Assembly (NCBI GenBank): GCA_046049345.1
Contig: JBJORQ010000003.1
Coordinates: 1-63,410, forward strand
Length of the DNA stretch: 63,410 nucleotides
Direction: 5' to 3'
Source: Pseudomonadota bacterium
Lineage (GTDB): Bacteria > Pseudomonadota > Gammaproteobacteria > Burkholderiales > Gallionellaceae
A program made the position numbers and the translations under genes. Below are positions 1 to 11,447 of the stretch, piece after piece. Below the pieces are notes generated by a model. It was not told where the DNA came from. It made no database searches and saw only the letters and a program-made list of their open reading frames with translations. Position 1 is the stretch's first letter. Each line of letters opens with the position of its first letter.

Positions 1-1165
<1,165 letters not shown>

Positions 1166-1220
1166 CGTGGCAGGCTCGTAGTTAATGATAAAATCCCCAA
1201 ATTTTATCATCTAGCAAGGT

Positions 1221-1345
1221 CTATAAATTGAAATCTCGTCGCAATACTGCGTTGCTCATAAAAAACTACTCCTCACATAGTGGTTCTATGCGTCGTCGCA
1301 ATTTTTTATTCGCGCCTAGTCTTGCTTAGATATTTCAATTTATAG
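1221..1345. mobile_element. 125-bp MITE-like element with perfect 14-bp terminal inverted repeats
   Basis: CTATAAATTGAAAT (1221-1234) and ATTTCAATTTATAG (1332-1345) are exact reverse complements; an 18/19 copy of the left end recurs at 6686-6704. Confidence 0.55.
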
Positions 1346-1377
1346 GATTTTTCTCTGTTTATAAATCCCGCCACCGA

Positions 1378-3509
1378 ATGCGTTTATCCCCCTTATTACT
1401 TTCCATCGCGTTGTGTGCCAGCGCATCTGCCTACGCGGTGATACCAGGTACGACCAGCCGCGCCGCGCCGAAAAAAGCCGCCGACCCGCTCGCGCCGACT
1501 GAAATCGAAGCCGATAAATTGACAGGGCAAAAAGGCAAGTCGTTGCAGGCGACGGGGAACGCAATTTTGAAACAAGGCGCGCAAACAATACGCGCCGATA
1601 GACTGGACTATCAGCAAGATAGTGGCGAGTTGCAAGCGGATGGCGGCGTAGTGGTGGAAGAAGACGGCAATCGCATGACTGGCCCGCGTTTGCAATACAA
1701 CATGGAAAGTCAAAGCGGCGAGCTCACTCAGCCTGAATTTCATTTCAGCGAAAATAATGCGCGCGGTAGTGCAAAGCAAATGCACATCGTCGATAAGCTG
1801 CATTACAACTTAGACGGCGCGAGCTACACCACTTGTCCTGCGGGCAATGATGATTGGCTGTTGCGTATGGGCAATTTGGATTTAGATCGTGTCGAGCAAC
1901 TCGGCACCGCAACCAATGCTTATGTGCAGTTCAAAGGTGTGCCATTTGTCTATACGCCGTGGATGGACTTCCCGCTCACCGATGCGCGCAAGTCGGGATT
2001 TTTATCGCCTGATTTTGGTAGCACGGTGAAGAATGGCGCGGAATTGACGCTGCCCTATTATGTGAATATCGCGCCCAATTACGACGCAACGCTGGCACCG
2101 CGCTACATTCAAAAACGTGGTACACAGTTCAATAACGAGTTGCGTTATTTGGGCTCTGGCTATAACGGCGAAATTCATGCGGATACCTTGCAAGGCGACC
2201 AAGTGAGCAAAATCAATCGCAGTCGTTTTTCAATTCGACATGCGCAAGCGATTGGTGATGGCTTCAGTGCCAATCTAAATTTGCGCAAGCCAACTTGTTG
2301 CAAGACGCTAGTCTGAATTATTTGTCGCCCAATTGGACAGCCGTGGCACGCGCGCAACGCTACCAAACCTTGCAAGATCCGCTCGCGCCGATTGCCGTGC
2401 CGTATGCGCGTTTACCGCAAGTCACCGCGACCACACAGCGCAACTGGCATGACATCAATGTCTCGCTCAACAATGAATTTGTCGCGTTCAAACATCCCAC
2501 TTTGGTCGGCGGCAATCGCATGGTGGTTTATCCGCAAGCGAGCTATCCCTTGGTCAGCGAACCCGCCTTTTATGTCACACCCAAAGTTGGCTTACACAAC
2601 AGCCAATATGTGCTGAATAGCAATAACACCACCGCCCTGCCGAATGCGACACGCAGCGTGCCGATCATGAGTTTGGATAGCGGTGTGGCGTTTGAGCGCG
2701 AGACCAAAGTGCTGGAGGATGACTACATTCAAACCTTAGAGCCGCGCGCGTTTTATGTGTATATCCCGTATCGCAAACAAGATTTATTGCCTAACTTTGA
2801 TTCGGCACAAGCGGACTTTAATTTCTCGCAAATTTTTACCGAGAACCGTTTTTTTGGGAATGACCGCATCGGCGATGCCAATCAACTCACGCTCGCAACG
2901 ACCAGCCGCATCATCAATCAAGCCAGCGGCGCGGAACGTCTAAAAGTCACGCTGGCAGAGCGTTTTAGCTTTATTACTCCACAAGTAAATTTACTCACCC
3001 CTGCCAATACCAGCACCGCAAAATCTGATGTGTTGATGGCGGTTTCTAGTCAAGCATCGCGGCAATGGCATCTCGATAGCGAGTTTCAATACAACCCGAA
3101 TCAAGCCAATATCCAACGCTACAACTTAGGTGCGCGTTATCGCCCGGAGCAGGGCAAAACCTTGAATGTAGGCTATCGTTTTTTGCGCAATACCACGCGC
3201 ATGATTGACGTTTCGACGCAATGGCCGTTGGTGAGCAAATGGTATGCGGTAGGACGGTGGAATTATTCCTATCAAGACTCGCGCTTGTTAGATTCGATTG
3301 CGGGGCTTGAGTATAATCAGGACTGCTGGACGCTACGCTTGGTGGCGCAACACTTCACCACCGCTCTGCAACAAACCAATACTGGATTTTTTGTACAACT
3401 CGAACTCAACGACTTCTTACAAGTCGGCTCTGACCCGTTAGCGGTGTTGCGCAAAAGCGTGCCTGGCTACAGCAAATTAAATGATCGCAACTCCGCCACT
3501 CGTCCTTAA
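1378..3509 (+). pseudogene. lptD: LPS assembly protein LptD split into two ORFs (1378-2316 and 2295-3509) by a frameshifting deletion near 2283; possible assembly error
   Basis: ORF1: signal peptide, OstA-like N domain, SYTTCP, RKSGFL, PYYVNIAPNYD. ORF2: TLEPRAFY, DRIGDANQLT, GLEYNQDCW, FFVQLEL. The usual SD..Y.RD segment is missing at the junction; surA-pdxA follow. Confidence 0.85.
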
Positions 3510-3521
3510 CCGAAAGCCTCT

Positions 3522-4811
3522 ATGCGCCTGATTTCTCTTTGTTTGCTTGCCAGTATTTGGCTGACCCCTGTTGCCGCTGCGAGCGATGTCGCGCCAGCGC
3601 AAAACGTCGATGCCGTGGTCGCCGTGGTGAATAGCGATGTGATTACGCGCTTGGAGCTGGACGAAAAATTGCGCAGCACGATTAAGCAATTGAAAAAACA
3701 AGGTACACCGTTACCCGAAGCGCAAGTGTTAGAAAAACAATTGCTGGAACGCATGATTATCGACTTGCTGCAATTGCAATACGCCAAAGAAACTGGCGTG
3801 CGCGTGGACGAAGGGCAGTTGGATTTATCCATCAATCGCATCGTTGAGCAAAATAATTTAGCGGGCGTATCCGAGCTGCGCAGCAAGCTGCAAGCCGACG
3901 GCATCGACTACGATAAATTTCGCGACGAGATGCGTAACGAAATGCTTTACACCCGTTTGCGCGAACGCGAAGTGGAAAGCAAATTGATTATTAGTGACAG
4001 CGAAGTGGATAACTACTTAGCCAATCAAGCCAAGCAGGGCGGGGCAAAGAGCGAGTTTCATCTGGCGCATATTTTGGTGGTGATACCCGAACAAGCCAGT
4101 GCCGAAAAAATTAAAGCCAGTCGCGCGCGCGCTGAATTAGCTTACAAACAATTACAAGGCGGCGCGGATTTTGCCCAAGTCGCAGCGGGTAGCTCGGATG
4201 CCAAAGACGCGCTGAAAGGCGGCGATTTAGGCTGGCGCGGCAGCGACCGTTTGCCGCCTAGTTTTGCCGAGGCGTTGCAAAAATTATCAGCAGGACAACA
4301 CACGCCGATTTTGCAAAGTCCAAATGGTTTTCATATTTTGAAATTGGTCGAGACGCGTTCAGGTAGTACGCCCGTGGTGATTACGCAAACCCACGCGCGC
4401 CATATTTTGATTAAAACCAGCCAAATCGTGCCCGAAGCCGAAGCCCGCAAACGCATCATGGAAATCAAGCAACGCATCGCAGCGGGGGCAGATTTTGCCG
4501 AACAAGCCAAGAAGTATTCTGAAGATGGCAGTGCACAAGCGGGTGGTGATTTGGATTGGTTATCCCCTGGCCAAACTGTGAGCGAATTTGAAGAAGCGAT
4601 GAACAAATTAGCCGTGCAAAAAGTCGGTGCGGTACAAACGCAATTCGGTTGGCATTTAATCCAAGTCTTAGAACGACGCGACACCGATGTCAGCGTGCAA
4701 CAAAAACGCCAACAAGCGCGCATCGCGATTGGTACATTCAAGTCGGATGAACAATATCAAGATTGGCTGCGCCAATTACGCGACCGCGCCTTCGTCGATT
4801 ACCCGCAATAA
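3522..4811 (+). CDS. surA: Periplasmic chaperone/PPIase SurA
   Basis: Signal peptide, VAVVNSDVIT, two parvulin domains (HIL...GGDLGW, HILIK...GGDLDW); lptD-surA-pdxA-rsmA synteny. Confidence 0.95.
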   Translation: MRLISLCLLASIWLTPVAAASDVAPAQNVDAVVAVVNSDVITRLELDEKLRSTIKQLKKQGTPLPEAQVLEKQLLERMIIDLLQLQYAKETGVRVDEGQLDLSINRIVEQNNLAGVSELRSKLQADGIDYDKFRDEMRNEMLYTRLREREVESKLIISDSEVDNYLANQAKQGGAKSEFHLAHILVVIPEQASAEKIKASRARAELAYKQLQGGADFAQVAAGSSDAKDALKGGDLGWRGSDRLPPSFAEALQKLSAGQHTPILQSPNGFHILKLVETRSGSTPVVITQTHARHILIKTSQIVPEAEARKRIMEIKQRIAAGADFAEQAKKYSEDGSAQAGGDLDWLSPGQTVSEFEEAMNKLAVQKVGAVQTQFGWHLIQVLERRDTDVSVQQKRQQARIAIGTFKSDEQYQDWLRQLRDRAFVDYPQ

Positions 4812-4815
4812 ATCC

Positions 4816-5796
4816 ATGTCACCGTTAGTCATCACCTGCGGCGAACCCGCTGGCATCGGCCCTGATTTATGCGTGCAACTTGCCGCACAGGGTCATCATT
4901 TATTGTGCATTGCCGATAAATTTTTACTGCAACACCGCGCCACGCAATTGGGCTTGGCAGTGGAGATTTGCGAAGTCGCGAATGGCCACACCCCGCGCAT
5001 TGCAACCCCCCATCCCGTTCTACACGTCATCCACATTCCGCTCGCCGCGCCTGCTGTTGCAGGCGTATTAAACGCCGCCAACAGCGACTACGTTTTAGCC
5101 ACGTTACGTCGTGCGCTGCAAGGCTGCGTAACGGGTGAATTTTCGGGCATGGTCACCGCGCCGGTGCACAAGGGCATCATCAACGAGGCGGGCATTACCT
5201 TCACTGGACACACCGAATTTTTAGCCGAGCAAACCGCCACGCCCTTAGTGGTGATGATGTTGGTCGGTGGCGGAATGCGCGTTGCCTTAGCGACGACGCA
5301 TTTGCCGTTGCGCGAGGTTGCCGATGCAATTACTGCGCCTTTGTTAGAAAAAGTATTACTGATATTGCAGAGTGATTTGCAGCAACGTTTTGGCATTGCC
5401 GCGCCGCGCATTTTGGTGGCGGGACTCAATCCACACGCGGGTGAAGGCGGCTATTTAGGACGAGAAGAAATCGACGTGATGATGCCTGTGCTAGATAAAT
5501 TGCGCGCCGCTGGCATGAAGGTCAGCCAGCCTTTGCCCGCCGACACGCTGTTTACGCCGCATAAATTGGCGCACTGCGACGCGGTGTTGAGCATGTATCA
5601 CGACCAAGGATTGCCCGTGTTAAAGCACGCGAGTTTTGGTGCGGGCGTAAACGTCACGTTAGGCTTGCCCATCATCCGCACCTCAGTCGATCACGGCACC
5701 GCATTAGATTTGGCCGGAACAGGCAAAGCCGATTGCGGCAGCTTGTTGGAAGCCATCAAAATCGCTACAGAAATGGGAACACATGAGCGCGCATAA
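4816..5796 (+). CDS. pdxA: 4-hydroxythreonine-4-phosphate dehydrogenase
   Basis: GEPAGIGPD, GHTEFLA, GLNPHAGE, MYHDQGL, RTSVDHGTA; start at MSPLV just after the surA stop. Confidence 0.95.
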   Translation: MSPLVITCGEPAGIGPDLCVQLAAQGHHLLCIADKFLLQHRATQLGLAVEICEVANGHTPRIATPHPVLHVIHIPLAAPAVAGVLNAANSDYVLATLRRALQGCVTGEFSGMVTAPVHKGIINEAGITFTGHTEFLAEQTATPLVVMMLVGGGMRVALATTHLPLREVADAITAPLLEKVLLILQSDLQQRFGIAAPRILVAGLNPHAGEGGYLGREEIDVMMPVLDKLRAAGMKVSQPLPADTLFTPHKLAHCDAVLSMYHDQGLPVLKHASFGAGVNVTLGLPIIRTSVDHGTALDLAGTGKADCGSLLEAIKIATEMGTHERA

Positions 5797-5868
5797 AGCT
5801 AAAAAAATGTTTAGTTCCAGCATCACACGCTGCGCGTATGAGCTTGCTCTGAAACATTTCAGAAAGGC

Positions 5869-6681
5869 ATGAAAATGAGTCATAAAGCTAAGAAATGTTT
5901 TGGCCAAAACTTTTTGGTCGATCAATCCATCATCGCCGACATCGTGGCGTGCATCCGCCCTCAGGCTGCCGACAACATGGTCGAAATCGGGCCTGGTTTA
6001 GGCGCGCTGACTCGCCCGCTATTGAAGCAACTCAATCATTTGCATGTGGTGGAAATCGACCGCGACATCATCGCGCGCTTGCACAACGACTACCCGCAAG
6101 AGCACGAAAATCCTCGGCTGATTATTCATGCGGGCGACGCGCTGGAGTTTGATTTTTCCACCTTGGATACGCCGCTGCGCATCGTCGGCAATCTGCCCTA
6201 CAACATTTCCACGCCGCTGTTATTTCACTTCACGCGCTTTAGCGCGCGCATCACCGACATGCACTTTATGTTGCAAAACGAAGTCGTCGAACGCATGGTC
6301 GCCGAGCATTCCACGCCCGCTTATGGAAGGCTTTCGGTGATGCTGCAATATCGTTTTTATATGGGAAAGTTGCTCGACGTGCCGCCCGAATCGTTCAAAC
6401 CTGCGCCTAAAGTCGATTCCGCTATCGTGCGCATGATTCCGCTGCCTAAAGAGCAAATTTTGGTGCGTAACGAAAAATTATTTGCCGCGATTGTCAGCAT
6501 GGCATTTGGGCAACGGCGTAAAACTTTGCGCAATACTTTGCGCCAAATCTTGCAAGAAGCAGATTTCGCCGCGTTAGAAATTAACCCGCAACTGCGCGCC
6601 GAAAATTTGAGTGTCGCCGACTTTATTCGCGTCGCGAATTATTGTGATTTACACGGAAAAACCACTGCAGGAAATCTCTAA
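5869..6681 (+). CDS. rsmA: 16S rRNA m6(2)A1518/A1519 dimethyltransferase
   Basis: [44 protein letters not shown]; alternative start at 5875. Confidence 0.95.
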   Translation: MKMSHKAKKCFGQNFLVDQSIIADIVACIRPQAADNMVEIGPGLGALTRPLLKQLNHLHVVEIDRDIIARLHNDYPQEHENPRLIIHAGDALEFDFSTLDTPLRIVGNLPYNISTPLLFHFTRFSARITDMHFMLQNEVVERMVAEHSTPAYGRLSVMLQYRFYMGKLLDVPPESFKPAPKVDSAIVRMIPLPKEQILVRNEKLFAAIVSMAFGQRRKTLRNTLRQILQEADFAALEINPQLRAENLSVADFIRVANYCDLHGKTTAGNL

Positions 6682-6736
6682 AAACTGAAATCTCATCGCA
6701 ATACGGCTTGGCTGCATTAAGAGACCCGTCAAACCT

Positions 6737-6800
6737 GTGGGAGCGCGACTTGTCGCCGATATTTATGGGGTAGCAATCGCCCGACTAGTCGGCCTCCTAC
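6737..6800. repeat. Degenerate GTRG-type REP doublet (REPIN-like hairpin)
   Basis: Left arm GTGGGAGCGCGACTTGTCGCCGAT; right arm reads GTAGGAGGCCGACTAGTCGGGCGAT on the minus strand; GTAGGAGGCCGA recurs at 25604. Confidence 0.55.
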
Positions 6801-6837
6801 GAAAGGCTGGCTTTACGCTCCGTCGCACAGAGACTTG

Positions 6838-8325
6838 CTAATCAAAATTAGCCAACGCCGCTTCAATGCGGCTACATAAGACCTTGAGAATTTTGATGCG
6901 GGCGAAATTTTTGTCATTGGCTTCCACGATAGTCCAAGGCGCAATCTCGGTGCTGGTTCTATCCACCATGTCGCAGACTGCCGCTTGATAGTCGTCCCAA
7001 CGTTCGCGATTGCGCCAATCATCGGCGGTTATTTTGTAGCGTTTGAAACCGATTTTTTCGCGTTCTTGAAAGCGGCGTAATTGCTCATCAGGCGTGACCG
7101 TCAGCCAAAATTTAATCACCAGCGCGTGATTGTCGATGAGCTGTTCTTCAAAGTCGTTGATCTCGTTATAAGCGCGCATCCAGTCGGCTTCCGAGCAAAA
7201 TTTTTCCACACGTTCCACCAACACCCGACCATACCAAGAGCGATCAAAAATCGCGAAGCGTCCCACGCGTGGAACGTGTCGCCAGAACCGCCACAAATAA
7301 GGCTGAGCGCGCTCTTCTTCGGTGGGCGCAGCAATCGGCACCGTGCGGTAATGACGTGCATCGAGCGCGCTGGTGATACGGCGAATTGCCCCGCCTTTAC
7401 CTGCCGCATCCGAGCCTTCAAATACCGCAATCACCGACAGTTTGGCGAAGCGCACATCACGGGTCAGCAGATTTAATTTGCCCTGATATTTTTCTAATTG
7501 CGCCGCGAATTTTTTGTCGCTGAGTGCCTGCTTCATATCGAGCTTGTCGAATAAATCCAAGGCGTCAATCGAGACGCTGAGTGGGGCGGCGGCGATGGCG
7601 ACAGGCTGGGATTTTTTGCTCAAGCGTTTTTGTAACGCCGCCAAAATAATTTGTCCTGCGGTGAGGCTGCGATAGCGCGCATCCTCACCTTCAATCACCT
7701 GCCAAGGCGCGTGTTCATTGCTGGTAGCGAGCAGGGTGTGTTCTGAAACCTTGCGGAATTTGTCGTAGCGTTGGTAATTTTTCCAGTCCAGTTTGGTGAC
7801 GCGCCACTGTGTTTTAGGATTCTTTTCTAGCGATTTTAAGCGTTGCTGTTGCGCGTCTTTGGACAAATGAAACCATAGCTTGATGATGAGTGCGCCCTCG
7901 TTGCTTAACATGGTTTCAAAATGATTGATGGCGTGGATGCTTTGATTTAATTGGCTGTTGCGGGTGTTGCCTAAGCTACGCTCAACAATCGGCGCGGTGT
8001 ACCACGAGCCAAAAAATACGCCGATTTTTCCTTTCGGCGGCAGCGCGCGCCAGTACCGCCACATGGGCGGATGCTGGCGTTCTTCGTCGCTGTGTTCAGC
8101 CATCGCGTGCACTTGAATATGACGCGGATCCATCCACTCATTGAGCAGATTCACCGTCTCGCCTTTGCCAGCGCCATCCACGCCGCTGACCAAAATAATC
8201 ACCGGAAATTTAGCTTGTTGCGCCAATTCAAATTGCGCGTTGAGCAAGCCTTCGCGCAAGGCAGGCAAGGCTTTTTCATAAGCCGCTTTAGTGATGCGGT
8301 GACCTAATTCAGCGGATTCAAACAT
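6838..8325 (-). CDS. pap: Polyphosphate:AMP phosphotransferase (two-domain PPK2)
   Basis: Two PPK2 domains with Walker A motifs GVDGAGKG and GSDAAGKG; FDRSWYGRVLVERV; N-terminus MFESAELGH. Confidence 0.9.
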   Translation of the reverse strand: MFESAELGHRITKAAYEKALPALREGLLNAQFELAQQAKFPVIILVSGVDGAGKGETVNLLNEWMDPRHIQVHAMAEHSDEERQHPPMWRYWRALPPKGKIGVFFGSWYTAPIVERSLGNTRNSQLNQSIHAINHFETMLSNEGALIIKLWFHLSKDAQQQRLKSLEKNPKTQWRVTKLDWKNYQRYDKFRKVSEHTLLATSNEHAPWQVIEGEDARYRSLTAGQIILAALQKRLSKKSQPVAIAAAPLSVSIDALDLFDKLDMKQALSDKKFAAQLEKYQGKLNLLTRDVRFAKLSVIAVFEGSDAAGKGGAIRRITSALDARHYRTVPIAAPTEEERAQPYLWRFWRHVPRVGRFAIFDRSWYGRVLVERVEKFCSEADWMRAYNEINDFEEQLIDNHALVIKFWLTVTPDEQLRRFQEREKIGFKRYKITADDWRNRERWDDYQAAVCDMVDRTSTEIAPWTIVEANDKNFARIKILKVLCSRIEAALANFD

Positions 8326-8344
8326 GAGGCTCTCCTAGTGTGAG

Positions 8345-8800
8345 CTACAACATTTCGGGGGTAATCACTAAGCGCAACGTGGTCTGCGCCGTGTCATCGC
8401 GTTCGCGGCGACTGAACCACCAGAGCGCGCCTTTTTTAATGCTCAAGGACGACTCCGCGCTGCCTAGCAACAAGGCGGCGACTGCGCCTAGCGTGGGTTG
8501 GTGACCGACAATCAGCACCGGCTCTGAATTTTGCGGCCAACGTGCGGCTTGCAAGATCGCGTGGGCGGACGCGTTCGGTGCAAGGCTGTTGACGATAGTG
8601 AATTTATCCGTGAGCGCGCTGACTGTTTGTCGGGTGCGCGTGGCGGGACTGACCAAAATACGCGTCTCCGTGGGTAAATGTTGCTGCAAAAACGCCGCCA
8701 TCTTTTTGGCTTGCAACTGACCTTTAGCTGTCAATACCCTAGCAATATCAGGGGAGCTGTCTTCAGCCTCCGCATGTCGCCATAAAATCAGTTCCATCAT
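8345..8800 (-). CDS. sixA: SixA-type histidine phosphatase
   Basis: LILWRHAEAE (RH motif), SPATRTRQT, VGHQPTLG. Confidence 0.85.
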   Translation of the reverse strand: MMELILWRHAEAEDSSPDIARVLTAKGQLQAKKMAAFLQQHLPTETRILVSPATRTRQTVSALTDKFTIVNSLAPNASAHAILQAARWPQNSEPVLIVGHQPTLGAVAALLLGSAESSLSIKKGALWWFSRRERDDTAQTTLRLVITPEML

Positions 8801-8879
8801 GCCTCCCAATTATTACAATTCACAAACATAAATATACTATATACACTGTTTACTCTACAGCACACAAAAGGAAAATAAA

Positions 8880-9278
8880 ATGAGCACAGAAAAATCTAAA
8901 GCGAACGCGCCCCTTGTTGAAAAAGGCAAAGTGGTTGCCGCGCCCGCTGCAAAAAAAACCAGCCCTAAAAAAGTCGCTGTGAGCAAATCCAGCACTAAGG
9001 TGAGTCCTAAAAATGCGGATGAAAAAGTCGCTGCGGTAAAGAAAGTTAAGAAAGCACCCAAACCAAAAGTGACGCGTGATAGTTTCACCATGCCAGAAGC
9101 TGAGTATCAAAAAATCGCTGACATTAAAGCGATTTGTCTGACCGCTAAGATGCCTGTGAAAAAAAGTGAAGTGTTGCGCGCAGGTTTGTTGATGTTGTCT
9201 TTGTTAGATGCTGCGGAAATGAAAACCGTGTTTGGCAAGTTGGAAAAAATTGCCACGGGTCGCCCTAAAAAAGGCTAA
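8880..9278 (+). CDS. Lys/Ala-rich basic protein with a conserved C-terminal RDSFTMP...KKSEVLRAGL domain; unknown function
   Basis: Histone-H1-like low-complexity N half; AAGGA SD upstream; terminator directly downstream. Confidence 0.8.
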   Translation: MSTEKSKANAPLVEKGKVVAAPAAKKTSPKKVAVSKSSTKVSPKNADEKVAAVKKVKKAPKPKVTRDSFTMPEAEYQKIADIKAICLTAKMPVKKSEVLRAGLLMLSLLDAAEMKTVFGKLEKIATGRPKKG

Positions 9279-9300
9279 CGCTATCCGCTTAATTAGGATT

Positions 9301-9339
9301 AAAAAAGCCAGTCATTCTTAACGAATGACTGGCTTTTTT
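9301..9339. terminator. Bidirectional intrinsic terminator
   Basis: AAAAAAGCCAGTCATTC-ttaac-GAATGACTGGCTTTTTT between convergent genes. Confidence 0.85.
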
Positions 9340-11419
9340 ATTGGGCACTGACGTTGCGGCTGAGGTGTTTTAACAGTTCGTTTTGCGCATTGAGCGGCTT
9401 GCTGCGCGGGGCGTGTTTAAGCTTGTAATCTCCCTCGCCATTCATTTCCCAAGCGGCGACGTTGTCGCGCAAATAAATTTTCAGCCCTTCATCCAGCACG
9501 CGTTTTTTAAGCTTTTTGTCCAGCACAGGGAAAGCGACTTCGATGCGGCGGAAAAAGTTTCTATCCATCCAATCGGCACTCGCCAAATACACGTCGTGCG
9601 CCAAATCGTTGCGGAAATAATAGATGCGCGAGTGTTCCAAGAAGCGACCGATGATAGAGCGCACGCGGATGTTTTCCGATAAGCCTTTTACACCCGGACG
9701 CAGCGCGCATACGCCGCGTATCAGCAGCTCAACTTTCACCCCCGCTTGCGAGGCGGCATACAACGCCTCTATGGTTTCCGCTTCGAGCAGCGAGTTCATC
9801 TTGGCAATGATGTGGGCGGGCTTGCCTGCGCGGGCGTGTGCGGTTTCGCGTTGTATCGCGGCGATGACTTGGCTGTGCAAGCTAAACGGCGATTGCCATA
9901 AGTGATGCAAGGTGCGCGCTTTGCCTAAGCTAGTGAGTTGCGCAAACACTTCGTTCACGTCGGCGCAGATTTGTTCGTGGCAAGTAAACAAGCCGAAATC
10001 GGTGTACAGCGTGGCGGTGCGCGGGTGATAGTTGCCCGTGCCCAAATGCGCGTAGCGACGCAGTTTGCCGTCTTCGCGGCGCACCACCATCAGCATCTTG
10101 GCGTGGGTTTTATGACCGACCACGCCATACACCACATGCGCGCCGACCTCTTCCAGTTTGTTCGCCCAATTAATGTTGGCTTCTTCATCAAAACGTGCCA
10201 GCAACTCCACCACCACGGTGACTTCTTTACCGCGTTTGGCGGCGGCAATGAGGGCTTCCATTAACGCCGAATCAGCACCCGTGCGATACACGGTTTGCTT
10301 AATCGCCACCACTTGCGGATCGCTTGCGGCTTGCTGAATAAAATCAATCACAGGCTTAAACGATTGATAGGGATGATGCAGTAGCACGTCGCCTTTGCGG
10401 ATCACCTTGAACATGTCCGAGCCCTTCTTTTGCAAGGTCGGCTGCACGCTCGGCGTAAACGCGGAAAACTTCAAATCGGCGCGATCGACCAAGCCTTGAA
10501 TGTCCATTAAGCGCACTAAATTCACCGGGCCATGCACGCGGAATTCATCCGCGCCCGACAAGCCTAATTCTTTGAGCAACATGGTGGCGATGTGCGGCGA
10601 ACAGTTGTCGGCAATCTCCAAGCGCACCGCGTCACCAAAGTGCCGCTGCGGCAATTCGCCTTGCAAACTCAAACGCAGATTTTTAACTTCTTCGTCATCG
10701 ACAAACAAATCGCTGTTACGCGTGACACGAAATTGGAAGCAGCCCAACACTTCCATGCCGCCGAATAATTCATCCACATGCGCATGAATAATCGACGATA
10801 AAAACACAAAACCGTGTTCGCAACCGCTGACTTCTGGCGGCATCGGAATCACCCGTGCCAACACGCGGGGAGCTTGCACAATGGCGCGCGCCGAGTTGCG
10901 CCCAAACGCATCTTTGCCTTGCAGCTCCACGGCAAAATTCAAACTTTTATTCAGTACGCGCGGAAATGGATGCGCTGGATCGAGACCGATAGGGGTCAAC
11001 ACCGGCATCACTTCGCGGAAAAAATAATCGCGCACCCAAGCGCGTTGTGCCTCGTTCCAATGCGTGCGGCGCAAAAACTTAATGCCCGCCTCGGCAAGAG
11101 CGGGGGTGAGTTCGCTATTAAATAATTCGTATTGGCGCGTGATGAGCTGATGCGCTTGCTCACGCACCACCCCCAAAGTTTGTTGCGCGCTCATACCGTC
11201 CGCACTCAAGGTCGTCACACCCAGCTTCACTTGCTCTTTCAAACCCGCCACGCGTATCTCAAAAAATTCATCGAGGTTGCTACTGACGATGCACAAATAC
11301 TTAAAGCGTTCGAGCAAGGGCAGCCCAGCGTTTTCGGCGAGCGCAAGCACGCGCCGATTGAATGCCAACAAACCAAGTTCGCGATTAAGGAAAAGTTGTG
11401 GGGCGGGCTTTTTATTCAA
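9338..11419 (-). CDS. ppk1: Polyphosphate kinase 1
   Basis: FLNRELGLLAFNRRVL, SSNLDEFFEIRVAGL, HHPYQSF, ARFDEEANI, KTHAK, GRFLEHSRIY; TTG start. Confidence 0.95.
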   Translation of the reverse strand: MNKKPAPQLFLNRELGLLAFNRRVLALAENAGLPLLERFKYLCIVSSNLDEFFEIRVAGLKEQVKLGVTTLSADGMSAQQTLGVVREQAHQLITRQYELFNSELTPALAEAGIKFLRRTHWNEAQRAWVRDYFFREVMPVLTPIGLDPAHPFPRVLNKSLNFAVELQGKDAFGRNSARAIVQAPRVLARVIPMPPEVSGCEHGFVFLSSIIHAHVDELFGGMEVLGCFQFRVTRNSDLFVDDEEVKNLRLSLQGELPQRHFGDAVRLEIADNCSPHIATMLLKELGLSGADEFRVHGPVNLVRLMDIQGLVDRADLKFSAFTPSVQPTLQKKGSDMFKVIRKGDVLLHHPYQSFKPVIDFIQQAASDPQVVAIKQTVYRTGADSALMEALIAAAKRGKEVTVVVELLARFDEEANINWANKLEEVGAHVVYGVVGHKTHAKMLMVVRREDGKLRRYAHLGTGNYHPRTATLYTDFGLFTCHEQICADVNEVFAQLTSLGKARTLHHLWQSPFSLHSQVIAAIQRETAHARAGKPAHIIAKMNSLLEAETIEALYAASQAGVKVELLIRGVCALRPGVKGLSENIRVRSIIGRFLEHSRIYYFRNDLAHDVYLASADWMDRNFFRRIEVAFPVLDKKLKKRVLDEGLKIYLRDNVAAWEMNGEGDYKLKHAPRSKPLNAQNELLKHLSRNVSAQ

Positions 11420-11447
11420 GAAAAACTTTCGATGATTAGGATGCTAG

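Noticed and set aside
2270-2320. Programmed ribosomal frameshift in lptD
   Set aside because: No convincing slippery site with stimulatory structure, and a conserved segment is absent from both frames, so recoding would not rebuild the protein
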